From assembly GCA_038144835.1 (NCBI GenBank), contig JAYQON010000006.1:1959-62858 (forward strand): a stretch of DNA of 60,900 bases, in the 5' to 3' direction. The first letter of the stretch is position 1; every line of letters begins with the position of its first letter. Under the pieces are notes generated by a model, which was given only the letters and a program-made list of their open reading frames with translations, was not told the origin of the DNA and did not search any database. Both the position numbers and the translations under genes were made by a program. This document shows positions 18,096 through 28,606 of this stretch, in pieces. The DNA is from Bdellovibrionales bacterium (GTDB lineage: Bacteria > Bdellovibrionota > Bdellovibrionia > Bdellovibrionales > UBA1609).

Positions 18096-18989
18096 GTGGA
18101 AATAATGAGACCCTCGTTGAATGAAGACCTATTGAGAGCAGAGACTTTAGTCTCAAAAGGCTCCATCCCAAAAATGGAGATTGAGGACTTCATTTGCATT
18201 TTGCAAATTGAGCCTCAAGACAGCTTTATGGCGATGGAGCTGGCTAAGCGTCTCGTGGCACAAGAGCGAGTCGACGAGGCTCATCGCCTTATGACGGCGA
18301 TAGTGCGTATAGATAACCGCTTTGAAACTCTCTTCGCTTTAGGCTGTTTAGAATACCGTATGAGTTTAGAGGACAGTGCCTTTGCTCACCTGCAGTCAGC
18401 TCTTTTGATTGCTCCAGACGGTGCTTCAGAATTATTTGAAGTTTTTAAAATTCTCGGTAACATTTTTGTTCGTCGAGGCGATTTTGATTCTGCGGAAGAC
18501 AGCTACTTTAAGGCTTACCGTCTCAATCCGATGTCAGACGTCTTACATGTTAATTTGGGTACATTGGCGATTCAAAGAGCCAATTGGGACGAAGGCGCGC
18601 AAAAATTTCGCGTCGCTCTGGGTTTAAATCCCAGCAATGACAAGGCCTGGGTGGGTCTTGCGATTTGCCATCGGATGAAAGGTGATTTTGAATTGGCCTG
18701 GGGTAATCTTGAAGCGGCTATTCAGTACAATCCATTAAACGAAGCGGCTCTGCAGTTATTCTTGGACTGGGGATTAAGCGAAGGCCGCGAGGGGAAGGTG
18801 CTTGAACACATTCGCGATTTTTTAGTCGAAGGAGGATGGTCGGAAAGACTCAGCCTTGCCTTTGCTTGGCTGAGTTTCAGACGTGGCGATCACTATTTGG
18901 CTTCGTTGGAGCTTGAGCGGCTTCTGGCTATAAATCCTGGACACACGAGTGCTTTGCAGCTTGCCGAAGAGATGAGGGCAAAGTGTTGA
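18096..18989 (+). CDS. TPR-repeat protein
   Basis: Repeated LG..Y/A..A...L.P patterns. Confidence 0.85.
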   Translation: MEIMRPSLNEDLLRAETLVSKGSIPKMEIEDFICILQIEPQDSFMAMELAKRLVAQERVDEAHRLMTAIVRIDNRFETLFALGCLEYRMSLEDSAFAHLQSALLIAPDGASELFEVFKILGNIFVRRGDFDSAEDSYFKAYRLNPMSDVLHVNLGTLAIQRANWDEGAQKFRVALGLNPSNDKAWVGLAICHRMKGDFELAWGNLEAAIQYNPLNEAALQLFLDWGLSEGREGKVLEHIRDFLVEGGWSERLSLAFAWLSFRRGDHYLASLELERLLAINPGHTSALQLAEEMRAKC

Positions 18990-19597
18990 TTGAACAGTTG
19001 GTTGCGAAAAACGGGGATTCGGTACTTCGGGTCAAAGGGCGTTTGCTAGCTTCGCGCTTTGATCCTCGCAAGGAAGCCACTGATTGGGTCGCTCGCCGAT
19101 TGAGTTTTATCGATAAGGTGAAAACACTAATTATTCTTGGTGCGGGAAGCGGATATCATATTTTTGAATTGATGGTTCGAACAAGAGCGGAGATTTTGGT
19201 GCTAGAGCCCTCTCTAGACCTATTTGAGGTTGTTCAACGATTACATACTTTTGACTCAAGCCGGGTTCGCTTTGAGAATGTTCAGTCGGCCAAGGGCCTG
19301 CGAGCAACTGCGAGCGTGAGGCAGGCGGTGAAGGAAAGTTTTCGCGTGCTTGTGCATCCGTCAAGTCGCTCTGGTCGTGAAAAAATATTTGATGAACTAC
19401 AAGCTCAGCTGATTGCTCGCGATTGGGGTAGTCTGACTTGGCAATGGAAGCTCCAGGGACTAGGTGATCTGGCCGAAACTTTGCGAGTCGATGCTGGAAA
19501 ATTAACGATTTATGACCTTGAACAGACAGAGCTGGTGCAAAATTCAGTCGAGAGAGAGCGTTTGTTGATAAAGGCTCTTCGGGAGTTGGTTAAATGA
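18983..19597 (+). CDS. Maf (motility accessory factor) N-terminal-like protein
   Basis: LLASRFDPRKEA...IILGAGSGYHI resembles Maf N-termini; flagellar context. Confidence 0.6.
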   Translation: MLIEQLVAKNGDSVLRVKGRLLASRFDPRKEATDWVARRLSFIDKVKTLIILGAGSGYHIFELMVRTRAEILVLEPSLDLFEVVQRLHTFDSSRVRFENVQSAKGLRATASVRQAVKESFRVLVHPSSRSGREKIFDELQAQLIARDWGSLTWQWKLQGLGDLAETLRVDAGKLTIYDLEQTELVQNSVERERLLIKALRELVK

Positions 19598-21120
19598 AGA
19601 TTTTGGTCGTAAGCCTTCTGCGCCTTGGCGATTTTATTCAAACCGTGCCAGTGATCAATGGCCTTGCTCGTAAGCCCGGAGTTGAACTTGACGTACTTGT
19701 TCACAAACCGACCTTACAACTGGCTCCGTTAGTGAGAAATGTCCGTAAATGGTGGTCGCTTGATCGTGATGAACTACAAGAAGGCCTTGGACGTGCAGAC
19801 ATTCCCATGATGACGTCCATTCATGTTTTAAGAGAAACTTTGGATGAGGTGAGTGCCACCGAATATGATCTGGTCATAAATCTGACACACACTCGTTTTT
19901 CTGGCTATTTGCTTGGCTATATTCGGGCTAAAGAAAAGCTCGGTATGCATGTGGATGAGTTCAATCGTGTTCGCTTCAATAGTCCGTGGTTTAGGTACTT
20001 GGATCGTCATGCGAAAAATCCAGTCCCCGATGTCCTTAATTATAGCGATATTTTTTTGCAGGCTTGTGGTCTTGAGCATGCGGATTGGGAGATGCGCCCC
20101 ACGGCGCAAGGAATGTCCGAGCTGGCGGCTCTCTCGCTTCCAGATTGCGGTGCTTTGATCGTTGGGCAAACGCTAACCTCTGATGCAAAAAAAAACTGGA
20201 GCTCGCAATCTTGGACACAGCTTTTTCACGAACTTTATGTGCACGACAAAAATCGGCATTTTGTTTTGCTAGGAGCGCCGAGCGAGCAAGAACGGCTCAC
20301 CGATCAAATTGAAAGGCTTCGTCTGATGGGCGTTCCCGCGCGCTTAGGTATTATGTCTTTAGACGGAGCTTTGGCTCTGCTCAATCGGGCCGATCTTCTG
20401 ATCACTGGAGATACTAGTATTAAGCACCTTGCCAATGCTTCAAGGGCTCGTGTGGTTGAATTGAGCCTTGGGTCTAGTGATTTTCGTAGGACTGGAGTAT
20501 TTAAGTCGGAAAGTCTCATTCTCGCCAGTCGGGCTGAATGTGCGCCGTGTGCACATTCAAGCCAATGCTCACAAGATACACATTTGTGCGGAGAAAATTT
20601 GTCGCCGCAGTTGGTAGCTGAGGCGTGTGAGAATTTTCTTAAAAGCGATTGGAGCGCACTGACGATGGCCGCTCAGCATGGAAAGTTTAAAGCTATGCGC
20701 ACACGGCGATTGCACTCAGGAATGTGGCTCGCTTCTGACCTGAGTGATCAGAAGAGTGTAGTTCAAGGTCTTCTCAATCGAAGCACGTGGAAGTTATTAT
20801 TTAATCAAGAACATCGTCGCCCACTGGCAGCCATTGGTAGTGAAAGTGTTTTGATTAAAGAAGATTTGCGTGAGCTTTTCCCGACTTCTTTCGGCAGATT
20901 TGCTGGTCTCGATTTTATAGAACAAGAGATTGAAGAAGTTCGAATTTCATCCGAACATCAACTGGCCCGTTCTCCAATAGGAATTCGTCCTGACAGTAAA
21001 ACAGTAAGTATCACTGAGATTCGAGAAAAGCAGGTTGACCTTGGTGAAAAGCTTGAACTTGGTGAAATTAAGAAAAAGCTGATTCGATCACTAAAATCCC
21101 AGTCGATGGAGAATCTATGA
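19594..21120 (+). CDS. Glycosyltransferase family 9
   Basis: MKILVVSLLRLGD; LLITGDTSIKHLA; Cys-rich CAPC...C motif. Confidence 0.85.
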   Translation: MKILVVSLLRLGDFIQTVPVINGLARKPGVELDVLVHKPTLQLAPLVRNVRKWWSLDRDELQEGLGRADIPMMTSIHVLRETLDEVSATEYDLVINLTHTRFSGYLLGYIRAKEKLGMHVDEFNRVRFNSPWFRYLDRHAKNPVPDVLNYSDIFLQACGLEHADWEMRPTAQGMSELAALSLPDCGALIVGQTLTSDAKKNWSSQSWTQLFHELYVHDKNRHFVLLGAPSEQERLTDQIERLRLMGVPARLGIMSLDGALALLNRADLLITGDTSIKHLANASRARVVELSLGSSDFRRTGVFKSESLILASRAECAPCAHSSQCSQDTHLCGENLSPQLVAEACENFLKSDWSALTMAAQHGKFKAMRTRRLHSGMWLASDLSDQKSVVQGLLNRSTWKLLFNQEHRRPLAAIGSESVLIKEDLRELFPTSFGRFAGLDFIEQEIEEVRISSEHQLARSPIGIRPDSKTVSITEIREKQVDLGEKLELGEIKKKLIRSLKSQSMENL

Positions 21121-21293
21121 GGCAGGAAGACAAGTTGAAAGTCGCTTTAGAGAGACTAGAACATGCGACTCGAAAGACGATTAGTACTCGCAGTTATTGT
21201 AAAGACGCGAGAAGCTTAAAGATAATCGAAGAAATCATAAAGGAGCAGCTTTTAAATGCGCCATCTCATTCTTCTGCTCGTAGATCCCGCTGA
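21117..21293 (+). CDS. Small hypothetical protein (58 aa), absent from the ORF track
   Basis: GGAG SD, ATGA overlap with the upstream stop; MRQEDKLKVALERLEHATRK...; fills the gap between two GT9 genes. Confidence 0.55.
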   Translation: MRQEDKLKVALERLEHATRKTISTRSYCKDARSLKIIEEIIKEQLLNAPSHSSARRSR

Positions 21294-22878
21294 CATTCGT
21301 TTGGCCTTGCCGGCATTAAATGCGCGTCGCCGGCAGGAGACTGCTGACGGCGAATGGCATATTTTGGTGGCCGCCCAGGCTCTGGATGAAGTGAGTAGTC
21401 TTGAGGGGTTTATCGTACATACATTTGTAGAACAGTCCGCAGGGGAGATTGCTGAAAGTCTTCAGACCCTTTCTTCCATACCCTTCGATTTTATCTACAA
21501 CCTCTCCTTCACGCCGCATTCAATAGAAATTATTGGCCGATTAAAAGGCCAAAAGACTCAAATTTGTGGTTACTCTCGCCATGCAGATGGAACGTTGGCA
21601 ATTTTTGATGACACGAGTGCCTATGTGCACGCTCAGGTTGGCCCTGGACGACCGAACCGTTATCACTTCGTACAAATTTTTGCGGCGATTTTGGGGGTCG
21701 ATCTCAGCGTCGGTGATTTGCTGGTCAACCCGTCCAAAATCGTTGACCGTTCGAACGGTCCGATTGTCATCAATCTTGAAAGTCAATCAACACCTTACCC
21801 AGCCGATATGTGGGAAACGGTGATCAATGAATTGCGCCAACAATCTTCTAGTGAGATTGTTGTTTTGGGTCGCATCGATATGCGGGACAAAGTGGTCGAA
21901 TGGGCCCAAAAGCATGGGCCAGTTACTGACTGTTTAGGCGATTTAAATTTGCCGGCTTTAAATCGAATTTTGCAAGGCGCGCGCTGTTTGATTTCGGCGG
22001 CGAGTGCATCGGTTCCTGTCGCTTCAATGAATACTGTTCCAGTTTTGTACCTTGCGGGATTAGACGTCAATTTTTGGGAAAAAGGTCCTTGGTCACCAGC
22101 GAGTCGTGTTTTAGTTGCCAATGAAACTCATGAAATATCGCCTAAGGCCATTGGTTTACATGCTCTCAATATGCTCGCGGATGAGTCACCTTCCCAAGCT
22201 TGTTGGCTGCGAACGGGGGTGCTTGAAAGTTACGTCCCGTGTGGAGGTGTTGAAAATGACGCTTTCCAGTGGGAACTGTTGCAGGCGCTCTATACTTCGT
22301 CAAGTTATCCTCAACTTACGGGTTTGCAGGATGAGTTGGCCTTCCAGCGGCTTTATGAGGTGGCTGAGTTGGCACTGCAAAACTTAGCGAATTGGAATAA
22401 AGACAAAATTGGTCGGGCTCGGCAACTGCAGGTTGTGGATGACATTTTGGCGCAACTTCCTCAACTTTGTCCCAATATTGGGCCCGTCATTCGCTGGTTC
22501 AACACTGAGCGGCTGCGCCTTGTTCCTGACGCTGAAGATGAAGTTTTAAGTTTAACGCGTAAACTGTTTTCAGATCTTTTGCTGGTGGCTTCAGTGTATC
22601 GCGAGTATGGCGAAAAGGATCGAACTCGGAGTTTAGCTTCTGAGCTGTGTCGCGTTTGTGCACCGGCATTTCGTGAATTCGAAGTTCATACTGTTGCAGA
22701 TCAGTTTCAGCAGCTCTTAGGTGTTTTTCATGAACTTTCCCGACATTCTGCCCAACTTGCGAATCGCGACTGGTCTGAAATTCTTGCCACGCTCACGGGG
22801 AGTTTTGATCGCAAAGACTACATTGAGGTTGCTGACCAGCTTGAATATGAACTTGCACCCATTCTTGATTGGAATTGA
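21256..22878 (+). CDS. Divergent glycosyltransferase family 9 protein
   Basis: FDFIYNLSF, GARCLIS, EKGPW motifs parallel the upstream GT9. Confidence 0.7.
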   Translation: MRHLILLLVDPADIRLALPALNARRRQETADGEWHILVAAQALDEVSSLEGFIVHTFVEQSAGEIAESLQTLSSIPFDFIYNLSFTPHSIEIIGRLKGQKTQICGYSRHADGTLAIFDDTSAYVHAQVGPGRPNRYHFVQIFAAILGVDLSVGDLLVNPSKIVDRSNGPIVINLESQSTPYPADMWETVINELRQQSSSEIVVLGRIDMRDKVVEWAQKHGPVTDCLGDLNLPALNRILQGARCLISAASASVPVASMNTVPVLYLAGLDVNFWEKGPWSPASRVLVANETHEISPKAIGLHALNMLADESPSQACWLRTGVLESYVPCGGVENDAFQWELLQALYTSSSYPQLTGLQDELAFQRLYEVAELALQNLANWNKDKIGRARQLQVVDDILAQLPQLCPNIGPVIRWFNTERLRLVPDAEDEVLSLTRKLFSDLLLVASVYREYGEKDRTRSLASELCRVCAPAFREFEVHTVADQFQQLLGVFHELSRHSAQLANRDWSEILATLTGSFDRKDYIEVADQLEYELAPILDWN

Positions 22879-22902
22879 CGATAAAAGTGTTATCCTTTTC
22901 CG

Positions 22903-24804
22903 ATGGAAACCAAAACTGTTCAAGTACAGCTTTTGACGCGCTTTTTACCGCCAGAATGGTGGTTAAGACTGCGGGAGGAAAGCGGACTTAGTGTCGATTG
23001 GTCAATTGCCGCAAATCTTAATCCTACGGCTAGCGTAATTTTGGTTTTACGTAAAGAGCTGACGGATTTTCGCAAAGAGGAATTTTCATTTTCAAAAGCA
23101 TACATAATTGTTGATGAGGGTTGGACGGCACAAAACTTAAAGAGAGCTTTGAGTACTCTCAAGGGAGCCTTGTTTCTCGACTCTAACCAGGAACCAATAG
23201 AAATCGCTCGTGTTGTGTCCGTTGCTCTGGCTCGGCAAGAAGAGCGTGAACGTCATGCCAGTTTGATGCAGGTCATGCGTTTACAGAACCGGCAAATCGA
23301 AGAACTGAACCGTGGTCTCGAGCAGGTGGTAAAAGATCGTACGATCAATGAAGCTGAATCTCGGCGTGCCAGCCAGAAAAATATCTCTCGGGTAAGGGAA
23401 ATCATAGGGTTTATTAAGGATCTCTCGCAGATTTTTGATATTGCCGACATTCTACCACTCATACGACGACACACTAAAGAGTATCATTTTCTCGAATCAC
23501 CGTTGCTGTTTGTGCCAAGGGGCGAAGATTTTGGCGATTTTTATTATCTCCGAGCTTCAGAACCAATACGTGTGCGGGTTCGTGGTCAATGGGCTGTATC
23601 AACGCGTTGGCGTGCAAATGAGGCAGAGGACAGTCAGTTTTTGGCCAATGCTTTAGGGCGCCCGGTGGGCAAGGTTTTGCGTTTTCCCTTGCTCACAGGG
23701 CGCCATCAAAAGGATGTTTTTCGTGCACCATTACTCATGTTTGAACATAATGTCGCGTCACAAAATTTGGATGAACTGGTAGCGACTTTAGCTGAGAAAC
23801 TACAACCCGTAAGTTGGGCCCTTGATCGATTGGTGTTGGAGCAGGAACTCAAGAGTACTTCTAAAGATTGGGAAATGACCTTCGATGAATTGTCAGAGCC
23901 AATCGCGATTTTGGATCATGATGGAAGAGTTCTGCGTTGCAATTCGCATTGGCGAGAAGAGTTCAAGTCAGTTTTGCATAGCTCTTCTTTGCAGTTTCGC
24001 AGCGGTAATTTGCTTTATGCGGTCGAGAAATACCCTATTCGTATGACGGCCGAGGGACCACCTATTTCGTGGGTTGTTTATTTGCGCGATGAAACCCGCT
24101 CGCGCAAGCTGAAGACCCAGGTTGTACAAGTTGAAAAGATGTCGGCTATTGGCCAACTGGCTGGTCATATCGCCCACGAGCTAAATAATCCTCTCACGGG
24201 CATTCGATCACTATCGCAAGTTTTGCTCACAGACACGCCGGTAGATACCCAGTTGCATCAAGACCTTGGGGAAGTAGAAAAAGCCGCAGCTCGTTGCCAG
24301 GGGATCATCAACAATCTACTGGATTTTTCAAAGGGTGGTCTCGAACATAAAGTGTCGGTGATTGATCTCAATGAAATTACTCGCAAGACGTTGCCATTTT
24401 TAAAGACGGCCATCAGTCAGTTTAATAACGACATTGAGTTGAGCGATGCGGAGCTTCTGGTCAAAGTTGAACCGCAACTTATGCAGCAAGTGATCTTCAA
24501 TTTGTTAAATAATGCGTGCCAAGCGATGAAAGAGCGAGGTGAGATTCGGGTGCGCACCCGCGCTGAAGGGATATGGGCTATTTTAGAGATTGAAGATGAT
24601 GGGCCTGGTATCGATAAAGAGCTGAGGGAGCGTATTTTTGAGCCGTTTTTTACCACTAAAGAAGAAGGCGAAGGAACTGGCTTGGGGCTAAGTCTAAGTC
24701 GCGATTTCGTTCGCCAAGTGGGTGGTGAAATTGAGTGTGAATCTGAGCTCGGTCGAGGGTCATTGTTTAGAGTAAGATTACCATTAGAAAGTGAGGGCCA
24801 ATGA
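22903..24804 (+). CDS. Sensor histidine kinase
   Basis: AHELNNPL H-box; NLLNNA, DDGPG, FFTTK, GTGLGL. Confidence 0.95.
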   Translation: METKTVQVQLLTRFLPPEWWLRLREESGLSVDWSIAANLNPTASVILVLRKELTDFRKEEFSFSKAYIIVDEGWTAQNLKRALSTLKGALFLDSNQEPIEIARVVSVALARQEERERHASLMQVMRLQNRQIEELNRGLEQVVKDRTINEAESRRASQKNISRVREIIGFIKDLSQIFDIADILPLIRRHTKEYHFLESPLLFVPRGEDFGDFYYLRASEPIRVRVRGQWAVSTRWRANEAEDSQFLANALGRPVGKVLRFPLLTGRHQKDVFRAPLLMFEHNVASQNLDELVATLAEKLQPVSWALDRLVLEQELKSTSKDWEMTFDELSEPIAILDHDGRVLRCNSHWREEFKSVLHSSSLQFRSGNLLYAVEKYPIRMTAEGPPISWVVYLRDETRSRKLKTQVVQVEKMSAIGQLAGHIAHELNNPLTGIRSLSQVLLTDTPVDTQLHQDLGEVEKAAARCQGIINNLLDFSKGGLEHKVSVIDLNEITRKTLPFLKTAISQFNNDIELSDAELLVKVEPQLMQQVIFNLLNNACQAMKERGEIRVRTRAEGIWAILEIEDDGPGIDKELRERIFEPFFTTKEEGEGTGLGLSLSRDFVRQVGGEIECESELGRGSLFRVRLPLESEGQ

Positions 24805-25163
24805 GGGTCATGGTAGTCGACGATGAGCCGTTAGTGCGCTTGTCTTTGCGTCGGGCATTGGAAAAACACGGTCATCAGGTTTTTGAGGCTGCCGATGGAC
24901 AAACAGCCTTAGAGAAATGGTCGGAATTTGATCCTGAGGTGGTTTATCTTGACGTTCTTATGCCCCGCTTAAGTGGGCCAGATTTGCTCAAGGCACTACC
25001 AGAGGAAAATCGTGGGCGAGCTAAGATTATTCTCATGAGCGCTTTTACCGGGGGGTACGATTTAGACAGGGCCAAGGCTTTGGGGGCTGAATTATTTGTA
25101 TCCAAGCCGTTTGAGGATATCTTTGCGACGGTGAAATTAGCGGAAGATTTGAGCTGCTTTTGA
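24801..25163 (+). CDS. Single-domain response regulator
   Basis: VVDDE, LDVLMP, SKPF. Confidence 0.93.
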   Translation: MRVMVVDDEPLVRLSLRRALEKHGHQVFEAADGQTALEKWSEFDPEVVYLDVLMPRLSGPDLLKALPEENRGRAKIILMSAFTGGYDLDRAKALGAELFVSKPFEDIFATVKLAEDLSCF

Positions 25164-25210
25164 CTCAAGCTTTGCCTTTAGATACACATGGCTAAAGAGA
25201 GAACCTGCCT

Positions 25211-25783
25211 ATGCGTATCATATCTGGAAAATTTAAAGGTCGAAAGCTAGTAAGCTTCGAAGCTCCAAATATTCGGCCGACTACAGATCGAGTTAAAGAA
25301 ACACTTTTCAACAAGCTTATGGGGCAAATTGAAGGGGCCCGTGTTTTGGATCTCTTTTCAGGCACAGGTAACCTGGCCCTCGAATGCATTTCGCGAGGGG
25401 CAGACTGGGTTGACTTGGTGGAAAACAATGCCAATAGCCTGGCGGTGATACGTAAGAATCTCAATGCTTTAGGTGTAAGTGACGGCTTTGAAATTCATCG
25501 GACCGATGCCTTCGCCTTCATTCGATCCTACAATGGCCCCCTTTACGATCTGGTGCTTGCTGACCCACCATTCACAGAAAAATATGCTCATGACTTAGCG
25601 ACAGTGATTGGAGTCAGTCGCCTGATGCACCCGGGTGCCGTTTTAGTCATAGAGGCGAGCTCTAAAGAGCGCATGGATGAACATTACGCGGGCTTAATTC
25701 GCTTGGATCAGCGAAAATTCGGTGATAAACACTTAAACTTCTTTGAGAAGGCGATTCATGAGCAAAGCGATATATCCGGGTAG
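25211..25783 (+). CDS. rsmD: 16S rRNA m2G966 methyltransferase
   Basis: MRIISGKFKGR, RPTTDRVKE, LDLFSGTG, DPPF. Confidence 0.95.
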   Translation: MRIISGKFKGRKLVSFEAPNIRPTTDRVKETLFNKLMGQIEGARVLDLFSGTGNLALECISRGADWVDLVENNANSLAVIRKNLNALGVSDGFEIHRTDAFAFIRSYNGPLYDLVLADPPFTEKYAHDLATVIGVSRLMHPGAVLVIEASSKERMDEHYAGLIRLDQRKFGDKHLNFFEKAIHEQSDISG

Positions 25784-26243
25784 CTTTGACCCGATCACCC
25801 TTGGGCATTTAGATATCATCCGCCGCATTCAACCGCTATTTTCAGAACTCACCGTTGTTGTCGCGAACTCCCAACGTAAACAATACCTATTTTCGCTCGA
25901 AGAACGCGTGCAAATGATTGGCGAAAACTTACATGGCTTAGCCAATGTCAAGATCGACAAGTGTGACAGTTTGATTGTTGAGTATGCACGGGCTCGAGAC
26001 GCGAGAGTGATTGTGCGTGGTCTGCGTGCTGTTTCTGATTTCGAGTATGAATTTGCGATGGCAAATATGAACCGTAACTTAAACCCTTCGATCGAAACTA
26101 TGATTGTTTTTACTCGTCCCGAATACTCTTTTGTAGCCTCGCAAATGGTGAAGGAAGTTGCCTTCCACCAAGGCGACCTAAAAAAGTTGGTTCCAGCCAA
26201 TGTGGCCAAAGCGCTCAATGCTCGTATGCAAAGCAAGAGGTAA
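25758..26243 (+). CDS. coaD: Phosphopantetheine adenylyltransferase
   Basis: AIYPGSFDPITLGH, RGLRAVSDFEYE; ATG at 25758. Confidence 0.97.
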   Translation: MSKAIYPGSFDPITLGHLDIIRRIQPLFSELTVVVANSQRKQYLFSLEERVQMIGENLHGLANVKIDKCDSLIVEYARARDARVIVRGLRAVSDFEYEFAMANMNRNLNPSIETMIVFTRPEYSFVASQMVKEVAFHQGDLKKLVPANVAKALNARMQSKR

Positions 26244-26246
26244 AAA

Positions 26247-27443
26247 GTGCTGTCTAAAAAAGCAAGAAAGTTAAAGCCTTCCCCAACTCTCGCGATTGCT
26301 GCGAAGGCAAAAGAAATGCAAGCCCAAGGCCATCACGTGATCTCGTTGTCTGTGGGTGAGCCGGATTGGGATACTTTTGAAGATATAAAGCGCGCTGGCA
26401 TTGAGGCAATACAGGCTGGTCAAACAAAGTACGCTCCTTCAAATGGTACTCCGCAATTGCGGACGGCTATTGCACACAGCACCAATGAACTGCTTGGGAC
26501 TGAGTACACTCCTGCGGAAGTGACGGTGTCGGCCGGAGCTAAATTTATTCTTTTTGCGGCCTTTCAGATGTTGCTCGACCCGGGAGACGAAGTTTTGATT
26601 CCAGCTCCCTATTGGGTCAGTTATCCAACAATGGTGGAATTGGTCGACGGTGTGCCCGTGATTGTTCCCAGTGACGAGATGAGTGGGTTCAAACCGCAAG
26701 CCTCTCACTTCGAAAAATATGTCACGTCAAAAACGAAGATGTTGCTCTTGAATAGTCCTAACAATCCCACCGGGCAAATGTACACCCAGGAGGAGTTGAT
26801 TGAAATAGTTCATTTTTTAAAGCGTCATCCTCAAATCATAGTCGTGAGTGACGACATCTATAACCAGTTGGTTTTTGATGGCCCTGATGTTGCGCCCCAT
26901 CTCTTGCAATTGGCCCCAGAACTCAAAGACCGGATTGTGTGTGTGAATGGAGCCTCAAAAACGTATTCGATGACTGGTTGGCGAATTGGATGGGCACTGG
27001 GTCCAGAAGTGGTTATTAAGGCAATGTCTAACTATCAGTCTCAGACGGTCAGTTGCGCTAGCCCTTTCACTCAAATGGCAGCGTTGACTGGACTTCAGGC
27101 CGGTCAGGATCGGGTGCGAGAATGTGTGAATACATTGCGCTCACGGAGAAATCATTTTGTTGAGGCTCTTAACAAGGTGTCTGGGTGGCGAGCTGGATTG
27201 CCACAAGGCGCCTTTTATGTTTGGGCGGATGTGCGTTCGCTTCTGGGTAAGAGTTGGCATGGAAAAAAAATAGCGACGACAAATGAACTTGCGGCTGCTT
27301 TGCTTGAGTCTGAAAAGGTCGCCGTGGTTCCTGGTGCTGAGAGTGGCCTTGAAGGCTTTGTACGTTTGAGTTTTGCTCTCAATGAGCAAGAGTTAAACGA
27401 AGCAGTAAAAAGAATTCGTTTATTTACTGAGGCCTTAGCATAG
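26247..27443 (+). CDS. aspC: PLP-dependent class I aminotransferase (aspartate aminotransferase-like)
   Basis: GEPD, NSPNNPTG, DDIY, SKTYSMTGWRIG. Confidence 0.88.
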   Translation: MLSKKARKLKPSPTLAIAAKAKEMQAQGHHVISLSVGEPDWDTFEDIKRAGIEAIQAGQTKYAPSNGTPQLRTAIAHSTNELLGTEYTPAEVTVSAGAKFILFAAFQMLLDPGDEVLIPAPYWVSYPTMVELVDGVPVIVPSDEMSGFKPQASHFEKYVTSKTKMLLLNSPNNPTGQMYTQEELIEIVHFLKRHPQIIVVSDDIYNQLVFDGPDVAPHLLQLAPELKDRIVCVNGASKTYSMTGWRIGWALGPEVVIKAMSNYQSQTVSCASPFTQMAALTGLQAGQDRVRECVNTLRSRRNHFVEALNKVSGWRAGLPQGAFYVWADVRSLLGKSWHGKKIATTNELAAALLESEKVAVVPGAESGLEGFVRLSFALNEQELNEAVKRIRLFTEALA

Positions 27444-27530
27444 ACCTTTTGCCAGTCAAAGTCGGGCCCGTCAAAAGGCCCGTCTGGGTTGTGACACAGG
27501 TTGATTACCCTTTAGACTTTAATAAGTAGC

Positions 27531-28529
27531 GTGGGGGTAGGCGTCGTGTCAGTCTGGACATTATTACAGATAGTTTTCAATCTTCTGATTTTTTCCGGTG
27601 TCACGGTTTTATGGATGCGGTCACGTCGACCACCGCAAGATGATCCTCGGCTAAGTCGAGGTTTGCAACTCTTGCAAACAAAAATCACCGTGCTTGAAGA
27701 TCTTTCTGATCGAACCGACAACCAAGTCAAGCAGCTAACGTCCCTTCTGGATCAAAAGACTCGCATGCTGCAAAATAAGGTTTTGGAAGCCGAACAACAA
27801 ATTTTAAAAATTGACCACTCAATGAACAAGAGTCTTGAGGTTGCGGAAATTTTTCAAGACAAAATTCCGCATCAAGAAATTGCCGAACGTCAGCGTACCG
27901 TAGAGTACGTACGAGCTGCGCGTATGGCAAACTCGGGCATGAGTCTTGAGGATATTGCTGAAAAGGTGTCTTTACCACGAGAGCAACTAGAGTTGATTGT
28001 GAAGTTCAATCGGGATCAATTGATGTTTGATGAATCTGCATTGCCTGAATGGGCCAATCGTGAAAGCGAATCTGGCACAAACCCTTCTTTTGCATTAGGT
28101 GAAATGAGCTTTCTCACCCAGGAAGAGGTGCCGGCATTTAACCCTCAAGACGTTGAAAAAATCAAAAGTGGTCTGCGCGAAGCTGTAGCAAACGCCAAAC
28201 AGGCGGAACATTTTGCGCAGGCTTCGGTGATGGACTCTAAGGTGGCCGAGACGCTAAAGGCAACGGTCGTGGGCGGGATTGAGAGTATGCAGCCAGCGGT
28301 GATTTCATTAAAGGCCACGGCGCAAACACTGCGTGGTAAGTTGGTGGCTACGGCTGAAGATCTTTTGCGATCACAGAGTGCTGGGGCTCAGCCAGTTCAG
28401 GGCGCTTCGGCCTCCGATTTGGTGAATCGTGAACCTGCGGTCAAGGTATCTTTGTCGGGAGCCCATCAATCGACTTCAGCTCCGGCAAACCAAGTGCGCA
28501 AAGTCATTTTTCCGCGTATTGAAAAATAA
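27531..28529 (+). CDS. Membrane-anchored coiled-coil protein (DUF2802-like HTH)
   Basis: N-terminal TM helix, coiled coil, YVRAARMANSGMSLEDIA. Confidence 0.65.
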   Translation: MGVGVVSVWTLLQIVFNLLIFSGVTVLWMRSRRPPQDDPRLSRGLQLLQTKITVLEDLSDRTDNQVKQLTSLLDQKTRMLQNKVLEAEQQILKIDHSMNKSLEVAEIFQDKIPHQEIAERQRTVEYVRAARMANSGMSLEDIAEKVSLPREQLELIVKFNRDQLMFDESALPEWANRESESGTNPSFALGEMSFLTQEEVPAFNPQDVEKIKSGLREAVANAKQAEHFAQASVMDSKVAETLKATVVGGIESMQPAVISLKATAQTLRGKLVATAEDLLRSQSAGAQPVQGASASDLVNREPAVKVSLSGAHQSTSAPANQVRKVIFPRIEK

Positions 28530-28606
28530 TCGGTACCAATGGCACGTCAATAGCATCAAGATTCCAAAAAGTTCCAAATTTGCAGCTCATTAGCAATAGG
28601 ATCCTG

